From: an uncultured Pseudobdellovibrionaceae bacterium
GTDB taxonomy: Bacteria; Bdellovibrionota; Bdellovibrionia; Bdellovibrionales; UBA1609
NCBI GenBank assembly: GCA_963803705.1
Contig: CAWDNU010000001.1
Span: 320,001-384,000 of the forward strand
Direction of reading: 5' to 3'
DNA: 64,000 nt
Under the pieces are notes generated by a model. That model worked only from the letters and a program-made list of their open reading frames with translations, was not told the DNA's origin and searched no databases. A program made the position numbers and the translations under genes. Position 1 is the stretch's first letter. Every line of letters starts with the position of its first letter. Positions 28,786-38,490 of this stretch are shown here, in pieces.

Positions 28786-30336
28786 TTATTTCGCTATGGT
28801 GCGCTTTTCAAGCGAGTATTTTTCGACTTTCATAATAAGGCCCGCACGGCTGATCCCAAGTTCTTTGGCCAGTCTGGATTTGTTCCATCCTGTGCGTCTT
28901 AAGCCCTCTTTAATCATTTGGCGTTCAAGCTCTTCTAGCGCATCCTTAAGTTTGCCGGAAACCCTAGTACCTTGGACCTTGTTGCCTTCTGTGGCGTCAG
29001 AAATTTTCGGAGAAAGCATGTCAGCGGTGATTTTTGATTCATTAGCGCTTAATACCAAAATTCGTTGCATTTCATTTTGCAATTCACGCACATTTCCCGG
29101 CCACGGATAGTCGTACAATTTTTCGAGTGCTCTTTTAGTTATGATTTTTTTATTGCTATCATTTGCTTCTTTATTCAGAAATGCTTCTGCAAGTAATGGA
29201 ATATCTTCTTTCCTATCTTTTAGCGAAGGCACGGTCAAATTTATAACATTTAGTCTGTAGTACAGGTCTTCCCTGAATTCGCTTTTGTCGACCATTTGTT
29301 TAAGATTTCTATTTGTCGCAGCAATAATTCTAACGTCAACTTTTCTGGTTTCAGTCGACCCTACCGGGGTAAATGTGCCTTCTTGAAGAACACGAAGCAA
29401 TTTAACTTGCATTTGTGCGGAAGTATCACCAATCTCATCTAGGAAAAAAGTTCCACGATGGGCAGTTTCGAAAAGACCTTTTTTATCTTTTATGGCACCC
29501 GTAAATGAACCTTTGACGTGTCCGAATAACTCGCTCTCTAACAAATTGTCATTAATCGCAGAGCAGTTGTGAATTACAAAAGCTTTATCCTTTCTTGGAG
29601 AATTGTAGTGTATAGATTTTGCTATCAGCTCTTTTCCTGTACCATTGTCCCCTTGAACTAAAATAGTGGTTTCCGAATGTTTTATCTTATCAAGTAGGCC
29701 GTACACGTTTTGCATGGCTTTAGATTTACCAATCATATTGTCATATTTAAACCTACTACCGAGCTCTTTGTTCAACTCTTTAATTCGGTCTTCTCTGGTA
29801 GTAATTTCTAAGTGCAAAGTGATTACTTCTTGGCTGACCAATTCCATAAGGTCTACGAAATGCTCTCTGTCTTGTTCATGCACAACGTTAATTTTTGACA
29901 CTGAGTCTTCAATTTCACTGGGGCTCATTCCAAAGACAGCCAATCGCTCTTTAATATCAGCAAGTCTATTCGTTTCAGAATTATCTTTCATAAATCCAAT
30001 AGCAACAACACTGCCCATGAAGTCGTTTTCAATTATAATAGGAAAAACCGCGACATCATATCCAATAGCGTCCCACTTTTTTAAAGTAAAACGGTTGTCT
30101 GTAAGCTTCAGGTCTTGGATCGACTTGTTAACGCACTCGCTTAGACTTTCTATAATATTATCTTTTTTAAACAGGACTGAAGTCGAAGGATTAAAAAAAG
30201 TACCACCATTGATTGAGCTTAACTTCGGCTTTCCACGATCGTCTGTGAAAATAACATCAATATTCCACCAAGAACCAACAATCTGTTTTAGCTTTCTAAT
30301 TACATGAATGTGTTCAAACTCATCCCAATTGATCAT
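28786..30336 (-). CDS. Sigma54-dependent activator (bEBP) with PocR-like sensor and Fis HTH; likely start MINWDE at 30336
   Basis: GDNGTGKEL, ESELFGHVKGSFTGA, FLDEIGD, WPGNVREL, NKSRLAKELGISR. Confidence 0.9.
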   Translation of the reverse strand: MINWDEFEHIHVIRKLKQIVGSWWNIDVIFTDDRGKPKLSSINGGTFFNPSTSVLFKKDNIIESLSECVNKSIQDLKLTDNRFTLKKWDAIGYDVAVFPIIIENDFMGSVVAIGFMKDNSETNRLADIKERLAVFGMSPSEIEDSVSKINVVHEQDREHFVDLMELVSQEVITLHLEITTREDRIKELNKELGSRFKYDNMIGKSKAMQNVYGLLDKIKHSETTILVQGDNGTGKELIAKSIHYNSPRKDKAFVIHNCSAINDNLLESELFGHVKGSFTGAIKDKKGLFETAHRGTFFLDEIGDTSAQMQVKLLRVLQEGTFTPVGSTETRKVDVRIIAATNRNLKQMVDKSEFREDLYYRLNVINLTVPSLKDRKEDIPLLAEAFLNKEANDSNKKIITKRALEKLYDYPWPGNVRELQNEMQRILVLSANESKITADMLSPKISDATEGNKVQGTRVSGKLKDALEELERQMIKEGLRRTGWNKSRLAKELGISRAGLIMKVEKYSLEKRTIAK

Positions 30337-30452
30337 TACCTTTTTCTCCTTATTAAATCCTAGCTTTGTTGTGCAGCTTGAAACAAATCCAGTTTCAAGA
30401 TTCACAGTTCTAGCAAAAGCGCTAAATCTGACAAATTAATGTACACAGTTTC

Positions 30453-30479
30453 TTATCGACTAATTTTTTGACAGCTAAA
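30453..30479 (-). promoter_or_regulatory. Putative sigma28 promoter of the bEBP gene
   Basis: Minus strand TTTAG-N14-GTCGATAA. Confidence 0.5.
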
Positions 30480-30515
30480 GTGCATAATGGCAGTTAAAGC
30501 CTGTGGGAGTTAAAA

Positions 30516-33353
30516 CTAGACTGTATTGGGGTTCATATAATCGTTTAAATATTTGCCAGTGTGGGATTTTTGCTTGGTAAGCTTAGTGGGCGTACCACTA
30601 AATAAGACTTGTCCGCCGCCTTCGCCGGCTTCGGGACCAATGTCTATGACGTAGTCAGAGTTTTTAACGATCTCTAAATTATGTTCGATAAGTAAAACGG
30701 TAGATCCGCCATCAACAAGCTTATGTAAAACTTTAAGCAGCATCTCGATCTCGCGAAAATGCAGCCCGGTAGTGGGTTCATCCAAAATGTAAAGTGCATT
30801 TTTAAACTCATGAGATAAGAATTGTTTCGAAAGCTTTAGTCTTTGATTTTCCCCGCCACTTAAAGTTGACAATGACTGCCCAATTTTTAGATGTTCTAGG
30901 CCAACTTCTTTCAGCACGCCTAGTGCCTTTCTAATGTTGGGATATGCTACATAAAATTTAAAAGCCTCTTCAACTGTCATTTCTAGAACATCGTGGATGT
31001 TCTTACCATTAAAAGTTACTCGTAAAACATTATCCCTAAAACGCTTACCTTTGCAGTCTTCACATAGCACTAAGATATCATCCATAAATATCATATCTAC
31101 CGATTCGTACCCTATTCCTCGACAGGTCGGGCAACGTCCTCCGTCTACGTTTAAACTAAAAGTTCCTGGTGAAAAACCAAAAAACTTAGATTCGCGGGTG
31201 GTGGCAAATAGATTTCTTATAACGTCGTAAATTTTTAAGTACGTGGCGGGACTAGATCTTAAAGTTTTTCCTGCAGGCGACTGATCCATTAGAATTATAT
31301 TTTTAAGGCTCTCATAACCTTTTATGGATTTATAATGTAAAGGTGGTTCGGCTGATATATTTAAATTGTAAGCCACTGCTGGATACAAAGTTTGAGTAAT
31401 TAGACTAGACTTTCCAGATCCGCTGACCCCTGTAACAGTAGTGAACTTTTTAAGCGGAATTTTTACATCTACGTTTTTAAGGTTGTGTCCAGACGCTCCT
31501 ATTATTTCGATCACATCACTTTCATTATCTAGCTCGCGGACATCCCTAGGCGGTATCCAGGTGGCAAGTGTGCGAAGATAGTTTGCAGTTAGACTATCAG
31601 ATTTTAGAAAATTTTTGGTTTCATCGTCATAAACAATTTCACCACCTTTATAGCCTGAACCAGGACCAAGCTCTAAGATGCGTTCACTACTTTTTATAAC
31701 GTCGTGGTCATGCTCTACAACAACTAAAGTGTTTCCAAGCTCGTGAAGATCTTTTAGAATCTCTATAAGCTTGTCGTTGTCTCTGGGATGTAGACCAATA
31801 GTTGGTTCGTCTAAAACAAAAAGCGTTTGAGAAAGACCCATTCCAAGCTGGTGGGCAAGATTCATGCGTTGAAACTCGCCACCAGAAAGTGTTCTTGTAA
31901 GGCGGTTCAGTGATAAATATCCTAGGCCCACTTTATTTAAATATTTTAATCTGTAACTTATCTGATCTAAAACTTCCCTGCAAAGAGTCGCTTCATAGTC
32001 TGAAAACTTGGTATCTTTGAAAAAGGCTTGAAGTTCGGCGAGCGACAAGGCACTCATTTGGGTGATGTTCATTTTTTTTACGGTGATCTCTTTAATTTCT
32101 GGTTTTAGACGATCTCCTTTGCAGGTCTCACAGACAACGGTGCTTTTGTAACGAGATAAAAAAACTCGTACATGCATTTTATATTTTTTTGTTTCTAAAT
32201 GACTAAAGAGGCCTAAAACACCAAACCATTTTTTATGTCCCAGCCAAATCATATCACGCTGTTTGGCAGGCAGATTCTCCCATGATTTATGTAAATCTAT
32301 ATTTTCGTCTTCGCAAAATTTAATAAGCTTTCTAAAGTCGGACCTCCCCGAGGGCATCGCAAACGGGGTTATAGCGCCTTCCATAAGTGTTTTATTTGGA
32401 AACGGTATAACTTTTTTTTCATCTATTTCTAGCTTGTTGCCAAAACCACTACAATCCTCGCAAGCTCCAAGTGGACTATTGTAGCTAAAAAGTTGTGGTA
32501 CAAAAGCCGGAAATTTGTAATCACAAATGGCGCAGGAGTTCTCTTCACTGAAACGATATAGTTTTTGATTGGTAGACCAAAAAAAGCAATCGCCAAAAGT
32601 GTCGTTGTGATGAATTTTCAAGTAACTATTAAAAGCCAAGTATAAAGAATCATATATTCGACCCAATTCTTGCGGTTCGACAACACACCTATCAATGACT
32701 ACGTAAAAATCATTTTTAGTGTACGCAAGCGCTTCATGACTTTGTAAATCGAAAACTTCAATTTCGTCTGTGTCGTAATAATCGCTGGTCTTTTTCCAAG
32801 TTTCGGAACCAAAAGTGGCTCCCCTTAAAAAGCCCTCTTGCAATAAAATTTTTAAAAGTTCTTTATCTTTGTAGGAAACAAGTTTTGCGTAAACTGGTAG
32901 AAGCACGTAGCCCTTCAGGCCATTTAAGTGGTCGATAATGTATTCTGCGGCACTGATAGGGGTGTAGCTTTGTAATTTCAAGTGATGGTTCGGGCAGCTT
33001 GCAGAGCCAATCTTAGAATACAGTATCCTAATATGATCTAAAATTTCAGTGCTAGTGCCAACAGATGATCTTGAGTTTTTGATACTGTTTTTTTGCTGCA
33101 AAGCTATAGCAGGAGGTATGTTTTCAACCTCTTCTATGTCTGGCTTAGGCGCCTTGTTAATAAATTGTTTCGAGTAGTTTGATAAAGATTCTATGTAGCG
33201 TCGTTGACCTTCAGCAAATAAAGTCTGAAAAGCCAATGAGCTTTTGCCTGATCCGCTTGGACCACATATCACTGTGAACGAGCCTAACGGAATAGAGACG
33301 TCGATATTTTTTAGATTATTTTGCTTAACACCTTTTAACTTAATATTTGTCAT
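30516..33353 (-). CDS. uvrA: Excinuclease ABC subunit A (UvrA family)
   Basis: Two ABC cassettes (GPSGSGKSS, GVSGSGKSS, LSGGE, LDEPT) and zinc fingers. Confidence 0.9.
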   Translation of the reverse strand: MTNIKLKGVKQNNLKNIDVSIPLGSFTVICGPSGSGKSSLAFQTLFAEGQRRYIESLSNYSKQFINKAPKPDIEEVENIPPAIALQQKNSIKNSRSSVGTSTEILDHIRILYSKIGSASCPNHHLKLQSYTPISAAEYIIDHLNGLKGYVLLPVYAKLVSYKDKELLKILLQEGFLRGATFGSETWKKTSDYYDTDEIEVFDLQSHEALAYTKNDFYVVIDRCVVEPQELGRIYDSLYLAFNSYLKIHHNDTFGDCFFWSTNQKLYRFSEENSCAICDYKFPAFVPQLFSYNSPLGACEDCSGFGNKLEIDEKKVIPFPNKTLMEGAITPFAMPSGRSDFRKLIKFCEDENIDLHKSWENLPAKQRDMIWLGHKKWFGVLGLFSHLETKKYKMHVRVFLSRYKSTVVCETCKGDRLKPEIKEITVKKMNITQMSALSLAELQAFFKDTKFSDYEATLCREVLDQISYRLKYLNKVGLGYLSLNRLTRTLSGGEFQRMNLAHQLGMGLSQTLFVLDEPTIGLHPRDNDKLIEILKDLHELGNTLVVVEHDHDVIKSSERILELGPGSGYKGGEIVYDDETKNFLKSDSLTANYLRTLATWIPPRDVRELDNESDVIEIIGASGHNLKNVDVKIPLKKFTTVTGVSGSGKSSLITQTLYPAVAYNLNISAEPPLHYKSIKGYESLKNIILMDQSPAGKTLRSSPATYLKIYDVIRNLFATTRESKFFGFSPGTFSLNVDGGRCPTCRGIGYESVDMIFMDDILVLCEDCKGKRFRDNVLRVTFNGKNIHDVLEMTVEEAFKFYVAYPNIRKALGVLKEVGLEHLKIGQSLSTLSGGENQRLKLSKQFLSHEFKNALYILDEPTTGLHFREIEMLLKVLHKLVDGGSTVLLIEHNLEIVKNSDYVIDIGPEAGEGGGQVLFSGTPTKLTKQKSHTGKYLNDYMNPNTV

Positions 33354-35998
33354 CCAGAAAGGTCTTCCTTCAAAAACTCTTTTTCATCAATAGTCTCGCC
33401 AGCATCACTCATTTCACTAGGCTGATTTTGTTCTTCAAAAGCCTGCTCAAAGGTTCTTTTAGAGTATTGGGTTGCTATCTTTCCGTTATCGGCGTCGATC
33501 TTTGAAAAAACAATACCACTAGGTATCGGAAAGTTCACTACAGGTAAGTCCTTGTGAGCTGCTTTCATATACTCGGCCCAAACAGGCAGGGCCGATTTTC
33601 CACCAACTTCTCCGCGCCCTAATGTTCTTTCTTGCTCATAGCCAATCCACACGCCAGTGGCAATCAAAGGTGAGTATCCTATAAACCACGCATCGTAATA
33701 ATTGTCTGTAGTGCCCGTCTTGCCCGCGATTGGATGTGGAATAATCCCAGAAGCAGATCTAGCAGTCCCACCCTTATCGTTTATAACTCCCTTCAAAATG
33801 TTAGTCATAATATAGGCAGTTTGTGGCTTTATAAGTTGGTCTTGATCAGAAAAGACAAATTGCTCGTTCATATCTCCGAAAATTTGTTTCTCTAATACTC
33901 TTTCTCGCCACCCTTGTTCGTTATTCACGATCTCTTCTTCAAAACGTTTATCGAGAGTATAGTTTTCTAAAAGTGTTTCACCGGCTTCATTTTCTACTTT
34001 CTTAATTAATATGGGACGCATCCTTTTTCCAAGTCTTCCAAATTGCGAATAAACTTTTGTCATTTCGTAAAGAGTTACGCTGCTAGAGCCAAGCGATAAA
34101 GTAATATCTTGATTTAAAGGAGAAAATATTCCAAGTCTCCTGGCATAGTTCAAAACCCAGGAGACGCCAATGCTGTCAGTGATCCGGATCGTCGGAATGT
34201 TCAAAGACCTGATCAGGGCTTCTCTAAACAATATGTCACCGTTAAAGTTTTTAGAATGGTTAGCAGGCTTGTACTTATTGTATACAATTTCATCTTTAGT
34301 TGATTTATCCTTATCCTCTTCTTTAAAGACAATGGGTATATCTAAAATTTCTGAGTTAGGTTGAAATCCCTTATCAAGTGCTGAAGCATAAACTATAGGT
34401 TTAAAAGATGACCCGGTTTGTCTGGCGGCTTGTATAGCTTTGTTGAATTCTGATTTTCTAAAATCATAGCCACCAACCATTGCAATAATTTCTTGAGTTT
34501 TTTGGTCTATAGATAACAGCGAGCCATCAACTAGGGGCTCTTGTTCAAGTTGAAGTTCTATGTAGTTTGAAGCGGTAAAAAACTGAGCCTTTATTTTTTT
34601 GTCTAATCTCCTAAATTTTTCTGAGTTTACTTTTTTGCTTATTATCTTAACTAAAATAACGTCACCCTTCTTCAAAGCTATTGAGGGTCGTTCTATTTCA
34701 GCATATTTAGCGCCAGTGCTGGGGTCTGGGGCCCGAGCCCACTTCATGGTCTCGAAATCAATTAGTCCAACGCCATCAGGTATCAGCGCTTCAATGTAGC
34801 CACTTATGTCATCTACCTTCGAAACCACAGCTTTAATGTTTTCGCCAACATCTAGGTAACTTGGTAGCTCGTCGGTGGAAATATCTTGAACAACTAAGTT
34901 TTGTGACTCGTCATATTTGATATCGCCCTTTTGTATAATATTTCCTTTCACATCAATTACAATGAACGGAGCTTTTTTGTTTAAGAGATCATCTTTTTGC
35001 ACAGCTAAAAAGTTTAAAACATCTGTTTCAGTTTGTAGCTTGTCTAGTGCGCCCCTGTATCCCTGGCGTTTATCAAGGTTTTCGACACCCCTTCTAAGAG
35101 CTGCTTGTGCCACATTATGTTTTACTAAATCCAAAGATGTATAAATCTTTAATCCTTTATCTAGAACTTGGTCTTCGCCAAGCTCTTTAACTAATTGAAG
35201 TCGCACAGCTTCTAAGAAAAAAGGAGCATAGTCTTCATAATCTTCCTTAAAAAAAACTTTTAAATCTTTTTCGATATTTTCTTTGGCTTGCTCTTTAGTT
35301 ATAAAGCCTTCATCTTTCATACGATTTAAAACGTACTTTTGGCGAATTTTTGCTCGCTCAGGGTTAGTCACAGGTGAAAAAGCGGACGGTGCTTTGGGTA
35401 GACCTGCCAAAATCGCGGCTTCATGGATATCCAAATCCTTAGCTTCTTTTTTAAAATATACTTTGGCGGCCATTTCAATTCCATGGGCACCCTGACCAAA
35501 ATAGATTTGGTTTAAATATAAATACATTATATCTTCTTTACTCAAATCCCTTTCCATACGACGTGCTAAAATAGCTTCTTTAATTTTACGATCTAAACTT
35601 CTTTCAGATGTTAAAAGTATTTGCTTGGCTACTTGCTGGGTTATCGTAGACCCGCCCTGAACTGTTCTACCTGCTTTTAAGTTTGCAACCATAGCTCTGA
35701 AAATGGCTTGAAGATTTATACCACTATGATTGTAAAAATCAGAGTCTTCCGCAGCAATAAATGCCTGACTAACATATTTAGGAAGATTTTTTGTTTCAAT
35801 AAGCATTCTTTTTTCTCGAAGAAATTCGCCTATTTTTTCGCCGTTTCGATCGAAAACCTCGCTAACTTTTAAAGGTTTATAGGAATCAACTGTTATTATA
35901 GTTGGTAACTTTGATGAAAACCTTGCTATCACAATCCAAAATACCAGAAGGGCAGACACAAATAAAAACGAAATTCCACCAACAATATATTTCCACAT
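33350..35998 (-). CDS. mrcA: Class A penicillin-binding protein 1A
   Basis: AEDSDFYNH, GGSTITQQ, RKIKE (transglycosylase); SSFK, SLN, KTG (transpeptidase). Confidence 0.95.
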   Translation of the reverse strand: MWKYIVGGISFLFVSALLVFWIVIARFSSKLPTIITVDSYKPLKVSEVFDRNGEKIGEFLREKRMLIETKNLPKYVSQAFIAAEDSDFYNHSGINLQAIFRAMVANLKAGRTVQGGSTITQQVAKQILLTSERSLDRKIKEAILARRMERDLSKEDIMYLYLNQIYFGQGAHGIEMAAKVYFKKEAKDLDIHEAAILAGLPKAPSAFSPVTNPERAKIRQKYVLNRMKDEGFITKEQAKENIEKDLKVFFKEDYEDYAPFFLEAVRLQLVKELGEDQVLDKGLKIYTSLDLVKHNVAQAALRRGVENLDKRQGYRGALDKLQTETDVLNFLAVQKDDLLNKKAPFIVIDVKGNIIQKGDIKYDESQNLVVQDISTDELPSYLDVGENIKAVVSKVDDISGYIEALIPDGVGLIDFETMKWARAPDPSTGAKYAEIERPSIALKKGDVILVKIISKKVNSEKFRRLDKKIKAQFFTASNYIELQLEQEPLVDGSLLSIDQKTQEIIAMVGGYDFRKSEFNKAIQAARQTGSSFKPIVYASALDKGFQPNSEILDIPIVFKEEDKDKSTKDEIVYNKYKPANHSKNFNGDILFREALIRSLNIPTIRITDSIGVSWVLNYARRLGIFSPLNQDITLSLGSSSVTLYEMTKVYSQFGRLGKRMRPILIKKVENEAGETLLENYTLDKRFEEEIVNNEQGWRERVLEKQIFGDMNEQFVFSDQDQLIKPQTAYIMTNILKGVINDKGGTARSASGIIPHPIAGKTGTTDNYYDAWFIGYSPLIATGVWIGYEQERTLGRGEVGGKSALPVWAEYMKAAHKDLPVVNFPIPSGIVFSKIDADNGKIATQYSKRTFEQAFEEQNQPSEMSDAGETIDEKEFLKEDLSG

Positions 35999-36179
35999 AA
36001 ATAATACTCCAAAAGAATTTGAAACGCTAAATCTAAAAATGCTAAAAACAGTCCAAGCCCTAAGACTTACGGTTTCATCTTTAGGGTTAAATAATCTAAC
36101 ATTTTAAGCTGATTTGAAACAATAAGCTATACTAATGACGGGGTGCCTATGATTTATTGAATATTGGTTTAAACTCACC

Positions 36180-36311
36180 GGAACTAATAAAACTAAACGA
36201 AATACATCCTAAAAATTCTCAAACAACCAGTTGGCACTTGCTTGCAGGGCAAGCTTCGCGCCAAGCTGAACTCGATTTTTAGGATGTATTTCGTTTAGTT
36301 TTATTAGTTCC
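36180..36311. repeat. Foldback element C: perfect 37-bp arms (36180-36216, 36275-36311) around a 58-bp core
   Basis: Core CTCAAACAACCAGTTGGCACTTGCTTGC-AGG-GCAAGCTTCGCGCCAAGCTGAACTCG. Confidence 0.9.
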
Positions 36312-36357
36312 TTTGCCCTGGAGCTTTTTTCAATCGGGTTTTCACGTCCAATTATAA

Positions 36358-37824
36358 TTAATCTGTGCCGTAGTCTTCAAGCTCAATTTCATCTTCAGTT
36401 GTATTAACTGAGCTGCCACTTTCGCAAAAACCAGACCCACTTCGATCAGAAATTGTTTGAATTGCTCCTGAACATTCACACCCATTTTCTTTAGCCATTT
36501 CAGCTTCGTGAATCAATCCTGCAGACAACAACTGTGACTCTCTTAATTTGTTCAAGCTTCCTGACGCACGGCTTGATCTAACAGATCTTCGGGTATTTGT
36601 GATATCCCTGTTTTTAGCTTCGATCTGATCATCAATTTTTTTGATTTCAAAAATCTGATTTTTTAAAATTTGATTCTTAGCAGTAAGCTGAAAACTAAGT
36701 CTTTGTTTCTCACGGGTAAGCGTTCGACTTTGTTCAGCCATGTTAAGGTTTGCTTGCGCGTTACCAATTTGTCCCTCGGCTTTTGCAATTTGAATTTGAT
36801 TGATTAGCCCTTGTTTTGCCTTAAGAATGGCGTTTTGTTGATTTACTACCTGACCCTCATTGTTTTTAATTAAAGCTGTCATGGATCTGTATTTTACGGC
36901 GAAATCACCGCTGCCGTCTGTTCTTAAACATTTTCTTCTTTTTGTTCGACCATAAGATTGTGCCATTTCAGCTAAACTTCGCCCACCGTTTCTAATAAAG
37001 TCATTCAAAGACAAACCACAATCGCCCCGACCTTCCATACAAGCACTTACACGAGTGTAAAAACTTTGCGCGTGTTCTTGGGATTTCTGATTACAAGTCA
37101 GCCTTTCTGCAGTCATAAACTGAATCATTTGAGTTTTTTGTTCAGCTAGTTTTCCTATTAAACCGTTATTTTGTTCTTCTAAAGCCGCAATTTTTGTTTG
37201 AATCACTGCCAGCTTACTGCCCGTGTCGTTTTTGATAGCAGCTAAGTTATGCTTAAGTTCTTCGTTTTTCGAATCGATCTCTCTAATTTTATCTTCCATC
37301 TTTTCATTAAGTTTATCAATTTCTTCTTGAGAGTCCGTTTGTCGGTTCAAAATGTCTTTTTTATTTTTTTCTAAAGCTTCAAGCTCTTCTTTTTGATCTT
37401 CTAGCTTCTCTTTTTCAACTTCTCTTCCCATCGAAGAGGTTAAAGAACTAAAGCCTTCACAATTATCTGAATCAGAATTTTCGTTGCATTGAAAAACGGC
37501 TTGTAGACAATTTGATCCTAAATTTGTGCTGGAGCATGCGCTAACCATACTGCGAAGTTTTTCGCTAAAATCTTTTTCAAACCTTTCACAGCTACCGGCA
37601 ACATCGTTATTGCTAGTTTCAGTTTCGTCTCCATCGATATTGATCTCGACATCGCCTCTGCGGATACTGATGTTACCAGGTCTACCTTCTGCGACATTGG
37701 CATCTTCAGCGTGCACATCTGGCACTGAAATAAAAATAACACTTATATTAGACATTAAAACAAAGCCTAAAATTAATATTTTTTGGCCTAGTGTTAATTC
37801 TTTAGACAGCTTAACGTGTTTCAT
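36358..37824 (-). CDS. Secreted Cys-containing long coiled-coil protein
   Basis: Signal ending VHA-E; heptad-rich K/E/Q segments; three Cys clusters. Confidence 0.7.
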   Translation of the reverse strand: MKHVKLSKELTLGQKILILGFVLMSNISVIFISVPDVHAEDANVAEGRPGNISIRRGDVEINIDGDETETSNNDVAGSCERFEKDFSEKLRSMVSACSSTNLGSNCLQAVFQCNENSDSDNCEGFSSLTSSMGREVEKEKLEDQKEELEALEKNKKDILNRQTDSQEEIDKLNEKMEDKIREIDSKNEELKHNLAAIKNDTGSKLAVIQTKIAALEEQNNGLIGKLAEQKTQMIQFMTAERLTCNQKSQEHAQSFYTRVSACMEGRGDCGLSLNDFIRNGGRSLAEMAQSYGRTKRRKCLRTDGSGDFAVKYRSMTALIKNNEGQVVNQQNAILKAKQGLINQIQIAKAEGQIGNAQANLNMAEQSRTLTREKQRLSFQLTAKNQILKNQIFEIKKIDDQIEAKNRDITNTRRSVRSSRASGSLNKLRESQLLSAGLIHEAEMAKENGCECSGAIQTISDRSGSGFCESGSSVNTTEDEIELEDYGTD

Positions 37825-37865
37825 TTGCAGTTCCCCCTAAAAATACTTGTTCTTAAGGTTTATAG

Positions 37866-37882
37866 AGCAATAGGAGTGCCAA
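37866..37882 (-). promoter_or_regulatory. Sigma54 promoter
   Basis: Minus strand TTGGCACTCCTATTGCT, full TGGCAC-N5-TTGC consensus. Confidence 0.8.
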
Positions 37883-38262
37883 TATTTGGCAACACTGTGT
37901 GTTTAATGTGTTCAGCGTCTCGGAATGAGACACTTGGTGCTTGTTTTTTGTAACAGAAGTTTTAAGGTTTTTCTTTAGATCTAACGATAACCTAACTTCT
38001 TCCCAGCCTGTGTTTTCAGTTTTGTGTTCTCCACAAAAAGCAGTAATGAGTTCCCAATTTTACTATCTTTTTGGATATAAAGTTTTAGTGAACTATCACA
38101 ATTGTGAACATCTTTTTTACGAGGATTAGAACTAGAATAATAGAAAAAAGAAATATCTAATTTCTTGGCTTTGATCACTTGAACAGTTTGACCTAAAGTC
38201 GCAGCACTAATTGCTAAAGTCGGGGACGTGCAATAGTTTGATTGAGGCACCTTACATATAAA

Positions 38263-38490
38263 CTAGGCTGTTTCTTTCTCTAGTCGTTCAGCTATCCAGA
38301 TTTTAAGCAAAGTTTGATAGCCAATATCACCTTTCTTGCGGGCTACCTTCCGAAGCTTTGTAACCATCTCCCTAGGCAAACGAATACTCGTAGAAACACC
38401 TGTAGACTTCTTTTCTGGGACAACTTCAACTGAGCGGTCATCGTCCCATTCTTTTGGCTCGTATTTATAAGATTTTGTTTTCTTCTTCAT
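38263..38490 (-). CDS. BrnA/CopG-like RHH antitoxin
   Basis: TSIRLPREMVTKLRKVARKKGDIGYQTLLKIWIAERL; ATG overlaps the toxin TGA. Confidence 0.85.
   Translation of the reverse strand: MKKKTKSYKYEPKEWDDDRSVEVVPEKKSTGVSTSIRLPREMVTKLRKVARKKGDIGYQTLLKIWIAERLEKETA

Noticed and set aside
37941..38250. Short ORFs 37941..38129 and 37981..38250
   Set aside because: No motif or RBS support; possibly degraded sequence.
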